DNA from: the human T2T-CHM13v2.0 reference genome, Homo sapiens
Assembly: GCF_009914755.1 (NCBI RefSeq)
Contig: NC_060932.1
DNA: 64,000 nucleotides
Strand: one strand, 5' to 3'
Shown here: positions 43,029 to 64,000 of the stretch, in pieces
Layout of the letters: every line of letters begins with the position of its first letter
Numbering within the stretch: position 1 is the stretch's first letter
Program-made: the position numbers and the translations under genes
The notes under the pieces: model-generated
Databases searched by the model: none
Told to the model about the DNA's origin: nothing
The model's input: only the letters and a program-made list of their open reading frames with translations

Positions 43029-43345
43029 GGCCAGATGTGGTGTCTCGTGCCTGTGATCCCAGCACTTTGGGAGGCCAAGATGGGAGGATCGTTTGAGCTC
43101 CGGACTTTGAGACCAGCCTAGGCAACATGGCAAAACCTTGTCTCTACTAAAAATACAAAAATTAGCCAGGTGTGGTGGTGTGCGCCTGTAGTCCTAGCTA
43201 CCAAGAAGGCTGCAGTGGGAGGATTGCTTCAGCCTGAAAGGTGGCGGTTGCAGTGAGCCAAGATTGTGCCACCCTACTCCAGCCTGGGTGACAGAGACCC
43301 CATCTCAAAAATAAATAAAGAATACAATAAAACAAAACAAAAAAA
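43029..43345 (+). mobile_element. AluJ-like
   Basis: Alu dimer. Confidence 0.9.
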
Positions 43346-43531
43346 ATTAAGGTTGGGATGTTGCCTCTCCTCACCCACCAGTGTGCAAAGGTGGCCTCAT
43401 TATTGTTCTATCTTCCCTACATATGGCATCTTCCCAGACCCGCCTTTATTAATGAAAATGCTAAAAGCAAACTTGGATTGAATATTTATATATGCCACAT
43501 AAGCACTGTGAGAGGCACCTTGTATTTCTTG

Positions 43532-44367
43532 TGTAGGGGGAAAAAGTGCTTCCTTTTACCCTCCTAGGTTCAGATTCTTTGGCTGGTCTACAAATTAAAT
43601 GGACATAAGGCAGATTAACAGAAAAAAACCATTTTATTTTATATTTATTTATTTATTTTTTTTGAGATGGAGTTTCACTCTTGTCACCTAGGGTGCAGTG
43701 CAATGGCGCAATATGGGCTCACTGTAACCTCCACCTCCTGGATCCAAGAGAGTCTCCTCCCTCAGCCCCCTGAGTAGCTTGGATTACAGGCATCTGCCAC
43801 CATACCCAGCTAATTTTTGTATTTTTAGTAGAGATCGGGTTTTCACCATGTTGGCCAGGCTGGTCTCGAACTCCTGACCTCAGGTGATCTGCCCACCTTG
43901 GCCTCCCACAGTGCTGTCATTACAGGCGTGAGCCACCTCACCTGGTCAGAAAACCATTTTAATTACACACCTGCATGCAGGAGTCCTGCAAAAATGAGAC
44001 TTAAAGAAGTGGCCAGATGATTGAGGCTTCTATGTAATGCTGAGCTACAAAAAGGGTTAGAGGTTTCTGGGGGTTGGTGGGGAGAGTGGAGACAAATTAT
44101 GGGAGGGTGATGGGAGGAAACGTGATGAATAAAGGTTGCCTTGTTATACAGCTAAGTCTCTCAGGTGATAAAAGTTGTTTCAGAGTAGCTCTCTTCCTGG
44201 TACAGATGCCTTTATAAATGAAAATTTACTTTATATTTCCTTTACCAAGTGGTAACCTTTCAGAACTTCTGTGTCTGCAGTTCTCCAAAATAATATGCTA
44301 AACAAACAAACAAACAAAAAACAAAAACCACAGTCTATTTTAGGATGGCATATTCTGGTCTTCTACA
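43532..44367 (-). mobile_element. MER34-like ERV1 solo LTR with antisense Alu (43632-43948)
   Basis: Minus strand begins TGTAGAAGACCAGAATATGCCATCCTAAAATA and has TG...CA termini. Confidence 0.6.
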
Positions 44368-44499
44368 GTCATATTTCAGAGTCAGGGTTTCTCCGTGTTG
44401 CCCAGACTGGTCTCGAACTTCCTAAGCTCAAGCAATCAGCCTGCCTAGGCCTCCCAAAGTGCTGGGATTACAGGCCTGAGCCACTGTCCCAGCCAATTA

Positions 44500-44650
44500 T
44501 TTTATATTTAAAACAGTACAATGAAGTACATAAAATGATTTCCTTCTTACAAATAAGGAAACAGGCTTAGAGAGGCTAAATAATTTGCCAAAGTCACCCA
44601 GTTTATGAATAGAAAAATCCAAATTTTATCTTGGGAATTCTATTTTTTTT
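44500..44650. mobile_element. MIR fragment
   Basis: TTACAAATAAGGAAACAGGCTTAGAGAGGCTAAATAATTTGCCAAAGTCAC. Confidence 0.7.
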
Positions 44651-44929
44651 AATGTTGCTTTTTGTTTGTAATGATGTCCACACAAAGGATCTACCTTGGG
44701 AATTCTAACTCTAGGACTCTAAAAATCGAATTCTCCAACCAGTGCACATATTATCTTTCAGAATCCTTTCATTTAATGACCCATATCAATAGGTTTTAGA
44801 AAAAAAGTAATACTGATCAAGTTTATTCATTTTGAACTACAAAACTTAAGTTAAACTTAAGGTAGGATGGATTTTACGTTTTACCAAGGATATCTATGCC
44901 CCCAAATATATCTAATTGGTGAATTTTCA

Positions 44930-46150
<1,221 letters not shown>

Positions 46151-47143
46151 TATAGGTCATCTATTTCAGTCAGGTATTTTTCAAGTGTAAGTTGTAAAAC
46201 CCATCTCAAATGAATTCAAATAGGGAGGGGAAAATAAATTCCTTAAGAAATTGTGGGAACAGAAGCTTAGCTGAAGTGGAGGGCCACTTTTTCTGTGTCT
46301 CTGTGTGAACAAAATAACCCCCAGTCTCCAGGCTCATATCCCTCCTACCAGCTCAGCAGCCCCAGGGATAGTTCTAGCTACAAAGATCTGATTGGCTTTA
46401 ATCAGCTCCATCTCTCAACTAATCATCATAGTGATGAAGGAAGTGAGGTATTTACTCTGATTGGTTAGGTCTTGGCTGACTCTTACAGCATTGTGGCTGC
46501 AGGGTGGGGGTGGTCAGCCCCGCCCAGGTCACGTGTAACGAGACATCCCAGAAGGAAGAAGCTTCTTAAACTAAAATGGGAGGAGATAAGAGATGCCAGA
46601 GAAACATAAACTACAGATGTCCACTACTACAAGGAATATATTCAGTATATTCAGCAGACAATTCTACACCACAAGTTTCCGGCCCTTAAGCTGAGAGAAG
46701 GTGGGGAGAAACTCTCATTTAAGTAGAAGTTTTTGATTGTGATAACATTAGATGGCTTGAACATTTTAATGTCTGATAAGAGGCTGTTCTTGTGATAGAG
46801 GGACTAGAGCAGTTCTGGCAACTTTCTGAGATTTCATCCAGGGCAGAGAAAGCCCATCAAGCAGGTTTGAAAGGATAACAGGCAACAGCACCACATGGAG
46901 TCCAGCACATTCAGTAAAATGATTACATTTAAACCAGGAAAATAAAGAGATCACCCCAATACAGATTAGGAAAGAGAAGAACATGATGCTGAAGTCAGAA
47001 GCTAGGGGAACATGAGCATTTAGAAGCCAAAAAAAGGTCCTCAGGAATCAGTACTCAGTAGCGAGTACCATATTTTCTGTTGGAATGAGTTGTGGCGTGA
47101 ACTGGTAACTGAAGAAATAGATACATCAAGAAGCTTAACTGAA

Positions 47144-47781
47144 GCCAGGTGCGGTGGCTCACACCTAAAATTCAACAGTTTAAGAAGCAGGGAGGGGGCA
47201 AGATGCAGTGGCTCACGTCTGTAATCCCAGCACTTTGGGAGGCCAAGGTGGACGGATCACTTGAGGTCAGGAGTTTGAGACCAGCCTGGCCAACATGGGG
47301 AAACCCCGTCTGTACTAAAACAGTACAAAAATTAGCTGGGCATGGTGGCGAGAGCCAGAAATCCCAGCTATGGGGGAGGCTAAGGCAGGAGAATCGCTTG
47401 AACCTGGGAGGCGGGGATTACAGTAGTGAGCGAGATCTTGCCACTGCACTCCAGCCTGGGCGACAGAGCAAGACTCTGTCTAAAAAAAGAGAAGAAGCAG
47501 CTGGGAGGGGAGGATTGGGATTGCTTGAGGCCAGGAGTTTGAGACCAGCCTAGGGAACACAGGGAGGGCCCCTCTCCCCATCTCTATCTACAACAAATAA
47601 AAAATTAGCTGGGCAAGGTGGTGCATACCTGTAGTCCTAGCTACTTTAAAGGCTAAGTTAGGAGGATCCCTTGAGCCTAGGCATTTAAGGCTGCAGTGAG
47701 CTAGGTTTGCACCAGGGCACCTCACTGCTCTCCAGCCCCGGCAACAGAGCAAGACTTTGTCTCAAAAAAAAAAAAAAAAAA
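47144..47781 (+). mobile_element. Compound Alu (AluS 47197-47490 within an older Alu)
   Basis: Alu 5' stub, full Alu, remainder of the older Alu; outer TSD AAGCTTAA. Confidence 0.82.
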
Positions 47782-48162
47782 GCTTAATCTGAGAAAAGAA
47801 AGTGGGAAATGAGATAAATGCAAAGTCAAGAGTAGGGAACAGTTTAGTTTTTTATTTGCTTATTTTAGAAAGAGATTTGAGCATTTTCATTGCCTAAAGA
47901 GAGTCTGAGAGGTCAAAGAATACAGGAGAGAGAGAAGTGTTTCAAAATGCTAGGAGTCTGAAGATGGAAGGCTGTGTGGGTGATGTACATTGGTTTTGAG
48001 GTGGAGGAAGACTCCTAATAGCTTTTTATGTTATAATACCATAGGACTGGGGGACATATTCTCCTATGATATGACATAGGAATTATAAAACCACAAGATA
48101 GACATGGTACGTCTCTGTAGAACAAGAATTTTACTGTTTGGTAAGTTATTTAAAACAGAGTG

Positions 48163-48478
48163 GGCCGGGCGCGGTGGCTCACTCCTGTAATCCCAGCACT
48201 TTGGGAGGCCGAGGCGGGCGGATCACAAGGTCAGGAGATCGAAACCATCCTGGCTAACACGGTGAAACCCCGTCTCTACTGAAAATACAAAAAAAAAAAA
48301 AAAAAAAAAAAATTAGCCGGGCGCGGTAGCGGGTGCCTGTAGTCCCAGCTACTCGGGAGGCTGAGGCAGGAGAATGGCGCGAACCCGGGAGGCGGAGCTT
48401 GCTGCCGAGATCGCGCCACTGCACTCCAGCCTGGGGGACAGAGCGAGACTCCGTCTCAAACAAAAGAAAACAAAAAAA
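48163..48478 (+). mobile_element. AluY with expanded A-rich linker
   Basis: CpG-rich, GAGAATGGCGCGAACCCGGG, >20-A linker; TSD AAAACAGAG. Confidence 0.93.
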
Positions 48479-49302
48479 CAGAGCGTTCTTCAGACTCTGG
48501 AATTCAAGTTCACACTCCAGTGGAAATTGAGAATCATTGAGGTAGATGTTAAACTTCATCATATTGCTTCCTTTTACTTAATTGGCTGTATCAAATGAAA
48601 TGAAAAATAACAGTTTAAAAGGATTAGAGAAGCTGGCCTTGAAGAGGGATCTTACTGGCTGAAGATAAGTTTGAGCAACAAAATAAGGAATGTGACAAAA
48701 TGAAACACATAACTATATACATAGACGTATCTATACATAATATAAATATGTATTGCACATAAAAGCAATGAGAGATTTAAAGAATAATAAGTTTGCAAAC
48801 CCTAGTAAAATAATGGAGTCTGGCATTGATCTTCAATTCGTGTTAAAACCATTAGCTGAAAAGTTGAGGAAGAGTCTAATAATGGATGAATCACACGGAC
48901 ACACATAAATTTATTGATTAATTTTAATGTCAGTAAAAGTGGGACAGCCAGATATTATGTGCTTCCTGAAGGTGGTTAGGAAGTAATAGATTAAGCACTC
49001 TTACCAAAAGAATGTAATCAAGACCTATATCTCATGATCAGTCTATAGGAAATACAGAGTGAGTGAAGTGCAAAATAGAGGAACTTGTAAAACCACATCA
49101 AGAGGCTGCAAACAGCCAAAGTCAGATTATAGGAAATTCTACAGAACAAATGACTTAGTTTCTTCAATAAATGGTATAAAAGGGAGATCGAGGGAAACTC
49201 TCATAGATTAAAAGATACCCAAGAGACATATTAAACAAATGCAATATGTTAACCTCGTTTGGATCCTGACTCAAAGAACTAACTGTAAAAATACATTTTT
49301 AA

Positions 49303-49718
<416 letters not shown>

Positions 49719-49784
49719 TAGGCATAGATGATGGTTTCTGCAGAAAAATAACATGAATGGAACAGAAAAAATATGTAAAAGATT

Positions 49785-51037
<1,253 letters not shown>

Positions 51038-51233
51038 GCAACCTAATAAATTATATATCCCTTAGTCATAAAACTAGCACCCAAGGAAATGGGAAAAATG
51101 CTAGCAGGAGTCCCACCAAGATCTGGAACAGGTACAAGGTGCAACCATCTCTATTACTACTTAACATTGTATTTGAGGTATTAGCCAGTTTAATCAGACA
51201 AGAAGGCAATTCTAATTGTTTTAATTTTGCATA

Positions 51234-52498
<1,265 letters not shown>

Positions 52499-52744
52499 AA
52501 TTGTTGAAAGCAGGGTCTCAAAGATAAGTTGTACGCTCACGTTCATAGCAGCATTATTCACAGTAACTTAAATGTAGAAGCAACCCAGGCGTTCATTAAC
52601 AGATGAATAGACAAGGAAAATGTGGTGTACACATACAATGGAATATTATTTAGCCCTAAAAAGACAGGAAATTCTGACAAATGCTACAACACGGATAAAC
52701 CTTGAAGACATTATGCTAAGTGAAATAAGACAATTACAAAAAGG

Positions 52745-53678
<934 letters not shown>

Positions 53679-54012
53679 TATCAACCTAAATAATAAACAG
53701 AGAGAAGTTCTTTAAAAGAAAATGTGGCCGGGCACAGTGGCTCATGCCTGTAATCCCAGCCCTTTGGGAGGCCAAGGCGGGCAGATCACCTGAGGTCGGG
53801 AGTTCGAGACCAGCCTGACCAACATGAGGAAACCCCATCTCTACTAAAAATACAAAAATTAGCTGGGTGTGGTGGTGCATGCCTGTAATCCCAGCTACTT
53901 GGGAGGCCAAGGCAGGACAATTGCTTGAACCCAGGAGGTGGGGGTTGCGGTGAGTCAAGATTGTGCTATTGTACTCCAGCCTGGGCAACAAGAGCAAAAC
54001 TTTGTCTCAAAA

Positions 54013-54044
<32 letters not shown>

Positions 54045-55329
54045 TGTTTATTTTGGAATAGGGCATTGCAATGGGAATACATGTACCAGAGTAAACTATG
54101 TGTGTATTCAGGGAGGTAAAGGAAGACAAAGGTTTTTTAACTCTTTTCCCATTTGGCCCAAGAATACTTGCCAGCAGTGCTTGCGGCTGCAGCATACCCC
54201 AAGATAACTTTGCCACAAAATATCTGGCTTTTATTAATATTATTACGTTTGCATCACTCCAGTGTGTTGATTTTGGAAACAAAAGACATCATTCTATTTG
54301 TAGCATTCTGTTTTTAACAGTGGTAGTTCGATTTACACACAGTAATTCTCGATGGTTGAAAATCAAATCCTAGAAAATGTAGCATTCCTATATGTGATGT
54401 TAGTTGTTCTCAAACAGTTGTTGGCCGAAGAGTTATTTGATGAATCTGATTTTTCCTAAATAGACGATTCTGGTGATTCAGACAATTCTGATGTTAGTTC
54501 TGTTTAGAAATAACTCCAAGAATACTTTTTATGTTTTACTTTCACATTGAAAATCAGTCAGATTTGCTTCAGCCTCAATGAGCTTGTTTATGTAAAATTA
54601 AATGAGTGCTGGCAGCAAGCTGCACCTTTTTTTCCTAAGTGGGAAAAGGGGTAAAGGAAAAATGAAGAAGATGATTACTTAATAGTTTTGAGATGATTAT
54701 CCTTGGCTACAAGAATCAATAACAAGGGCGATGCCAGTCTGATCAATAACCAGGGTGATGCCTGCAAATGGATAGGCAGTTGCTGGGCAGATAGCCTCAC
54801 AGAAGTATATTTTTGTGTAAAGTTGTGATGGCCTTTGTGTAGGGTTATGGGTTTGGCAGTCTTTTGTGGTAATTCTTGTAGTTAGGCATTTTTTTATTTT
54901 ATTTTTTTATTTTTATTTTTATTTTTTTTAGACAGAGTCTTGCTCTGTTGCCCAGGCTGGAGTGCAGTGGCTGTGATCTCAGCTCACTGCAAGCTCCGCC
55001 TCCTGGATTCACACCATTCTGCTGCCTCAGCCTCCCGAGTAGCTGGGACTACAGGTGCCTGACACTATGCCTGGCTAATTTTTTTGTATTTTTAGTAGAG
55101 ATGGGGTTTCACTGTGCTAGCCAGGATGGTCTCGATCTCCTGACCTCGTGATCAGCCTGCCTTGGCCTCCCAAAGTGCTGGGATTACAGGAGTGAGCCAC
55201 CGCACCCTGCCGTAGTTAGGCATATGTACATGAGAACCCTCCCTTCATGGCCTTCCCTGGCTCTATTTGTCAGGGCCTTGTTTTGTTTTTAACATAAGTG
55301 ACTCTATTTTAATTCTGAGAACTTTTACA
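53679..55329 (-). mobile_element. MER65-like (MER4-group ERV1) 3' LTR split by two Alus (53726-54043, 54889-55211) and MER75
   Basis: Minus strand PPT AAAGAGGGGAA (55340-55330), then TGTAAAAGTTCTCAGAATTAAAATAGAGTCAC...CTGACAAATAGAGCCAGGGAAGGCCATGAAGG; ends TTATTTAGGTTGATA. Confidence 0.65.
54141..54650 (+). mobile_element. Full-length MER75 (piggyBac-derived non-autonomous element)
   Basis: TTAA|CTCTTTTCCCATTT ... AAGTGGGAAAAGGG|GTAA: TIRs and TTAA target (right copy mutated). Internal CCAAGATAACTTTGCCAC and TTTGGAAACAAAAGACATCATTCTATTT. Confidence 0.85.
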
Positions 55330-59765
<4,436 letters not shown>

Positions 59766-59768
59766 TCT

Positions 59769-59786
59769 TGGGGGCTCGTCTGCGAT
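59769..59786 (+). other. Primer-binding site, tRNA-Pro-like
   Basis: TGGGGGCTCGTCTGCGAT matches the Pro PBS TGGGGGCTCGTCCGGGAT at 16/18 positions, 3 nt after the LTR end. Confidence 0.8.
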
Positions 59787-60988
59787 GTTGCAATGCAATG
59801 GTCTGGGTACCATCGGACCCCTTTCACTTGCTATTCTGTCCTATTTTTCCTTAGAATTCAGGAGCTAAACACCGGGCACCTGTTGGCCAGTTAAAAGTGA
59901 CTAGTGCGCTGCCAGACTAAAGACATGGGTTTCAGGCTTTCTGGGAAAGGGCTCTTCAACAACCCCCGACTCTTCGGAATCAGGAGCGTTGGTTTGCCTG
60001 GAACCAGCTTCCACTTTTCCTGCACTTCTAGGCTGAGCTGAGGGTCAACAGAGAGGAAAGCCATTCAGCTCTGGGGTCCCAAGAAGAAGTTGGTTGTCCC
60101 TGCAGCCCTGAGCAGAGCTCTCAAAGTTACGTCACCCAAGTGAGACTCGCCTATCTATCCTATCTATCATGACCATTGCCTCCTGGGTCCTAACGCCTGT
60201 CAGACAAACTTCCTGTTGCCTCTCTTCTCTGAGGCTAGTCCTGCTTCTGAAAATCACTCCCTAGTTTCTTCTATAAGGATGATTTCTAATATAGATTTTG
60301 GGACTCTGTTCCCTTCTTTAGGCACCCAGGCTCACCAATCAGAAAGAACCCAAATTGTTCAATGGGAAATAAGCACCCTGGGGCACATAATTTTTGACCA
60401 GAGCCCCGTCAGGGGGGACTATCTGGAATACCGTCTATCCTTTTAGGATCCCTCCTCAGACTAGCAGAACTAACAAAGGCTATTCCCAAAGCTAGCATAT
60501 GGGGAGCCTCAGAAATTATAGACTCCTAAATTGGGGGGATATGCTTCCTATTCATATGATGAGAAGTGAGAACAAAAGGCGTCACCCTTCCAACCCTGGA
60601 GATCCCTTCCCTCCCTCAAGTTATGGCCCTCCACTCCATTTTGAGGCATGTCATCTTTATAGGACAAGGGTAAGGTCCCAATAACAACAGGAAAAAACAC
60701 TTAGGACTCTAACAGGTTTTCAAGAATGCATCAGTAAGGGCCACTAAATCTGACCTTTCTCAGTCCTCTTGTGGTCTAAGAGGAAAGGCAAGTGTACAGG
60801 TTTTCAAGAATGTGTCGGTAAGGGCCACTAAATCTGACCTTCCTCTTTGTAGGAGGAAAACAAGGGTTTCCACTGCTGCTTCAGTGAGCGCAACTATTCC
60901 AAACGGCAGGGTCCAGGGACTGTTGTGGGTTCTTGGGTGGGGGGAAAAACAGACAAAAACCACGGGTGGTTTTTTCTTTCTGTTTTAG

Positions 60989-62449
60989 ATGGGAAACACT
61001 CAGGCATCAACAAGCTCACCCTTGAAATGCATCCTAAGCCATTGGCACCAATTTGGCCCATAAACCCTGAAAAAGAAGTGGCTTATTTTTTTCTGCACTA
61101 CAGCCTGGCCCCAATATTTTCTCTCTGATGGGGAAAAATGGCCACCTGAGGGAAGTATAAATTACAATACTATCCTGAAGCTTGACCTTTTCTGTAAGAG
61201 GGAAAGCAAATGGAGTGAAATACCTTATGTCCAAACTTTCTTTTCATTGAAGGATAATCCACAACTACACAAAGCTTGCAATCTACATTCCACAGGAGGA
61301 CCTCTCAGCTTACCCCTACATCCTAGCTTCCTTACAGGTCCCCTTCCTATTAATGATCAGCCTCCTCTAATCTCTCCCACCCAGAAGGAAACAAGCAAAG
61401 AAATCTCCAAGGGACCACAAAAACCCCTGGGCTATTGGTTATGTGCCCTTCAAGCTGTAGGGGGAGGGGAATTTTGCCCAACCCGGGTACACGTCCCCTT
61501 CTCCCTCTCTGATTTAAAGCAGATCAAGGTAGATCTGGGGAAGTTTTCAGATGATCCTGATAGGTATATAGATGTCCTACAGGGTCTAGGGCAAACCTTT
61601 GACCTTACTTGGAGAGATAACATGCTACTGTCAGATCAAACCCTGGCCTTTAATGAAAAGAATGCGGCTTTAGCTGCAGCCTGACAGTTTGAAGATACCT
61701 GGTATCTTAGTCGAGTAAATGATAGAATGACAGCTGAAGAAAGGGACAAATTCCCTACCGATCAGCAAGCCGTCCCCAGTATGAATCCCCACTGGGACCT
61801 TGACTCAGATCATGGGGACTGGATTTGCAAACATCTGTTGACCTGTGTTCTAGAAGGACTAAGAAGAATTAGGAAAAAGCCCATGAATTATTCAATGATG
61901 TCCGCCATAACTCAGAGAAAGGAAGAAAATCCTACTGCCTTTCTCGAGTGGCTATGGGAGGCCTTAAGAAAATATACTTCCCTGTCACCCGACTCCCTCA
62001 AGGGTCAATTGATCCTAAAAAATAAGTTTATTACCCAATCAACCACAGATATCAGGAGAAAGCTACAAAAGCTAGCCCTGGGCCCTGAACAAAATTTGGA
62101 GGAATTATTAAACCTGGCAACCTCAGTGTTCTATAACAAGGACCAAAAGGAACAGGCCGAAAAGGAAAAGCAAGATAAGAGAAAGGCTGCAGCCTTAGTC
62201 ATGGCCCTCTGACAAACAAACATTGGTGGTTCAGACAGGACAGAAAATGGAGCAGGCCAATCACCCAGTAGGGCTTGTTATCAGTGTGGTTTGAAGGGAC
62301 ACTTTAAAAAAGATTCTCCAATGAGAAACAAGCCACCCCCTCACCCATGTCCAGTATGTTAAGGCAATCACTAGAAGGCACACTGCCCCAGAGGACAAGT
62401 GTTCTCTGGGCCCGAAGCCCCCAACCAGATGATCCAACAACAGGACTGA
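60989..62449 (+). pseudogene. HERV9 gag, decayed (5 internal stops, no net frameshift)
   Basis: MGNTQAS... through [38 protein letters not shown], zinc knuckle CYQCGLKGH to QQQD*. ORFs 61247 and 61727 are in the same frame. Confidence 0.85.
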
Positions 62450-64000
62450 AGGTAACTGGGGCAAGTGCCAGCTCATGTCATCACCCTCACTGAGCCCTGG
62501 GTAAGTTTAACCATTGAGGGCCAGGAAATTGACTTCCTCTCGGACACTGTCACAGCCTTCTCAGTGTTAATCTCCTGACCCGGACAGCTGTCCTCACAGT
62601 CCGTTACCATCTGAGGAATCCTGGGACAGTCTGTAACCAGGTATTTCTCCCACCTCCTTGGTTGTAATTGGAAGACTTTGCTCTTTTCACATGCCTTTCT
62701 TTTTATGCCTGAAAGTCCCACACCCTTATTAGGCCAAAGCTGGAGCTATTAGCTACATGAATATGGGGGACAAGTTACCCATTAGTTGTCCCCTACTGGA
62801 GGAGGGAATCAACCCTGAAGTCTGGGCATTGGAAGGACAATTTGGAAAGGCAAAAAATGCCCCCCACCCCAGTTCAAATCAGGCTAAAAGACCTCACCAC
62901 TTTTCCTTATCAAAGGCAATACCCTTCCGGCCTGAAGCTCATAAAGGATTACAGGATATTGTTGACATTTAAAAGCTCAAGGGTTAGTAAGGAATGCAGC
63001 AGTTCCTGCAACCCCAATTTTAGGAGCACAAAAACTGAATGGTCAGTGGAGACTAGTGCAAGATCTTAGACTCATTTATGAGGCAGTAATTCCTCTATGT
63101 CCAGCTGTACCCAACCCCTATACCCTACTCTCTCAAACACCAGAGGAAGGAGAATGGTTCACTGTTCTGGACCTCAAGGATACCTTCTTCTGCATTCCCC
63201 TGCACTCTGACTCCCAGTTTCTCTTTGCATTTGAGGATCCCACAGACCACACATCCCAACTTATGTGGACGGTCTTTCTTCAAGGGTTTAGGGAAAGCTC
63301 TCATCTGTTTGGTCAGGCACTGGCCCAAGATCTAGGCTACTTCTCAAGTCCAGGCACTCTGGTCCTTCAGTGTGTGGATGATTTACATTTGGCTACCAGT
63401 TCGGAAGCCTCATGCCAGCAGGCTACTCTAGATCTCTTGAACTTTCTAGCTAATCAAGGGTACAAGGTGTCTAAATCAAAGGCCCAGATCTGCCTACAAG
63501 TCAAATATCTAGGCCTAATCTTAGCCAGAGGAACCAGGGCCCTCAGCAAATAATGAATTCAGCCTATACTGGCTTATCCTTGCCCTAAGACATTAAAACA
63601 GTTGCGGGGGTTCCTTGGAAGCACCGGCTTTTGCCAACTATGGATCCCTGGATACAATGAGATGGCCAGGCCACTCTATACTCTAATCAAGGAGACCCAG
63701 AGGGCAAATACTCATCTAGGAGAATGGGAACCAGAGGCAGAAACAGCCTTCAAAACCTTAAATCAGGCCCCAGTACAAACTCCAGCCTTAAGCTTTCCCA
63801 CAGGAAAAAACTTCTCTTTATACATCACAGAGAGAGCAGGGATAGCTCTTGGAGTCCTTACTCAGACTAGTGGGACAACCCCACAACCAGTGGCATGCCT
63901 AAGTAAGGAAATTGATGTAGTAGCAAAAGGCTGGCCTTACTGTTTATGGGTAGTTGCGGCGGAGGCCATCTTAGTATCAGAGGCTATCAAAATAATACAA
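62450..64000 (+). pseudogene. HERV9 pro-pol, decayed
   Basis: RT motifs WFTVLDLKDTFF, LQGFRES, LQCVDDL (YVDD degraded to CVDD) and VKYLG, with stops and frameshifts. Confidence 0.88.

Larger units (their letters stand above)
59766..64000 (+). mobile_element. HERV9 (ERV9/HERV-W supergroup) internal region: leader, gag, pro, pol; truncated by window edge
   Basis: Leader with duplicated CAGGTTTTCAAGAATG...GGGCCACTAAATCTGACC unit (~60713 and ~60797); gag, protease and RT homology. Confidence 0.9.

Noticed and set aside
60713-60860. Duplicated ~60-80 bp unit
   Set aside because: This is a normal leader repeat of ERV9/HERV-W internal sequence.

Overview
Primate (almost certainly human, 8q21.11 by recall) repeat-rich genomic DNA. 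A CpG island at ~31.4-32.6 kb holds the promoter and first coding exon of UBE2W on the minus strand (MASMQ|GTGAGA, with an upstream in-frame ATG adding 29 aa). Positions 1-32 kb are UBE2W intron sequence and contain a 33-nt in-frame cassette exon (TTGRRVEVWFP, 23730-23762). The rest is upstream/intergenic. It contains about 60 Alus, old L1M/L2/MIR fragments, a twin-primed L1PA2 inserted in an Alu, DNA transposon fossils (Tigger2a, MER82, MER5, Tigger3b, a full-length piggyBac-derived MER75) and LTRs (MLT1, MER21, MER50, MER34-like, MER65-like with internal sequence). At the right end are the 3' half of a GYG1 processed pseudogene and an LTR12F/HERV9 provirus (tRNA-Pro-like PBS, decayed gag-pro-pol) running off the edge. 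Nearly all ORFs in the supplied track are Alu or repeat artefacts. I found no convincing new biological system. The best leads are UBE2W 5'-end regulation (uATGs, microexon, divergent exons), the deep transposon nest at 52-64 kb, and the open GYG1-pseudogene C-terminal frame next to an LTR12F. Repeat family names come from recalled consensus sequences, not from a database search, and boundaries of old repeats are approximate.
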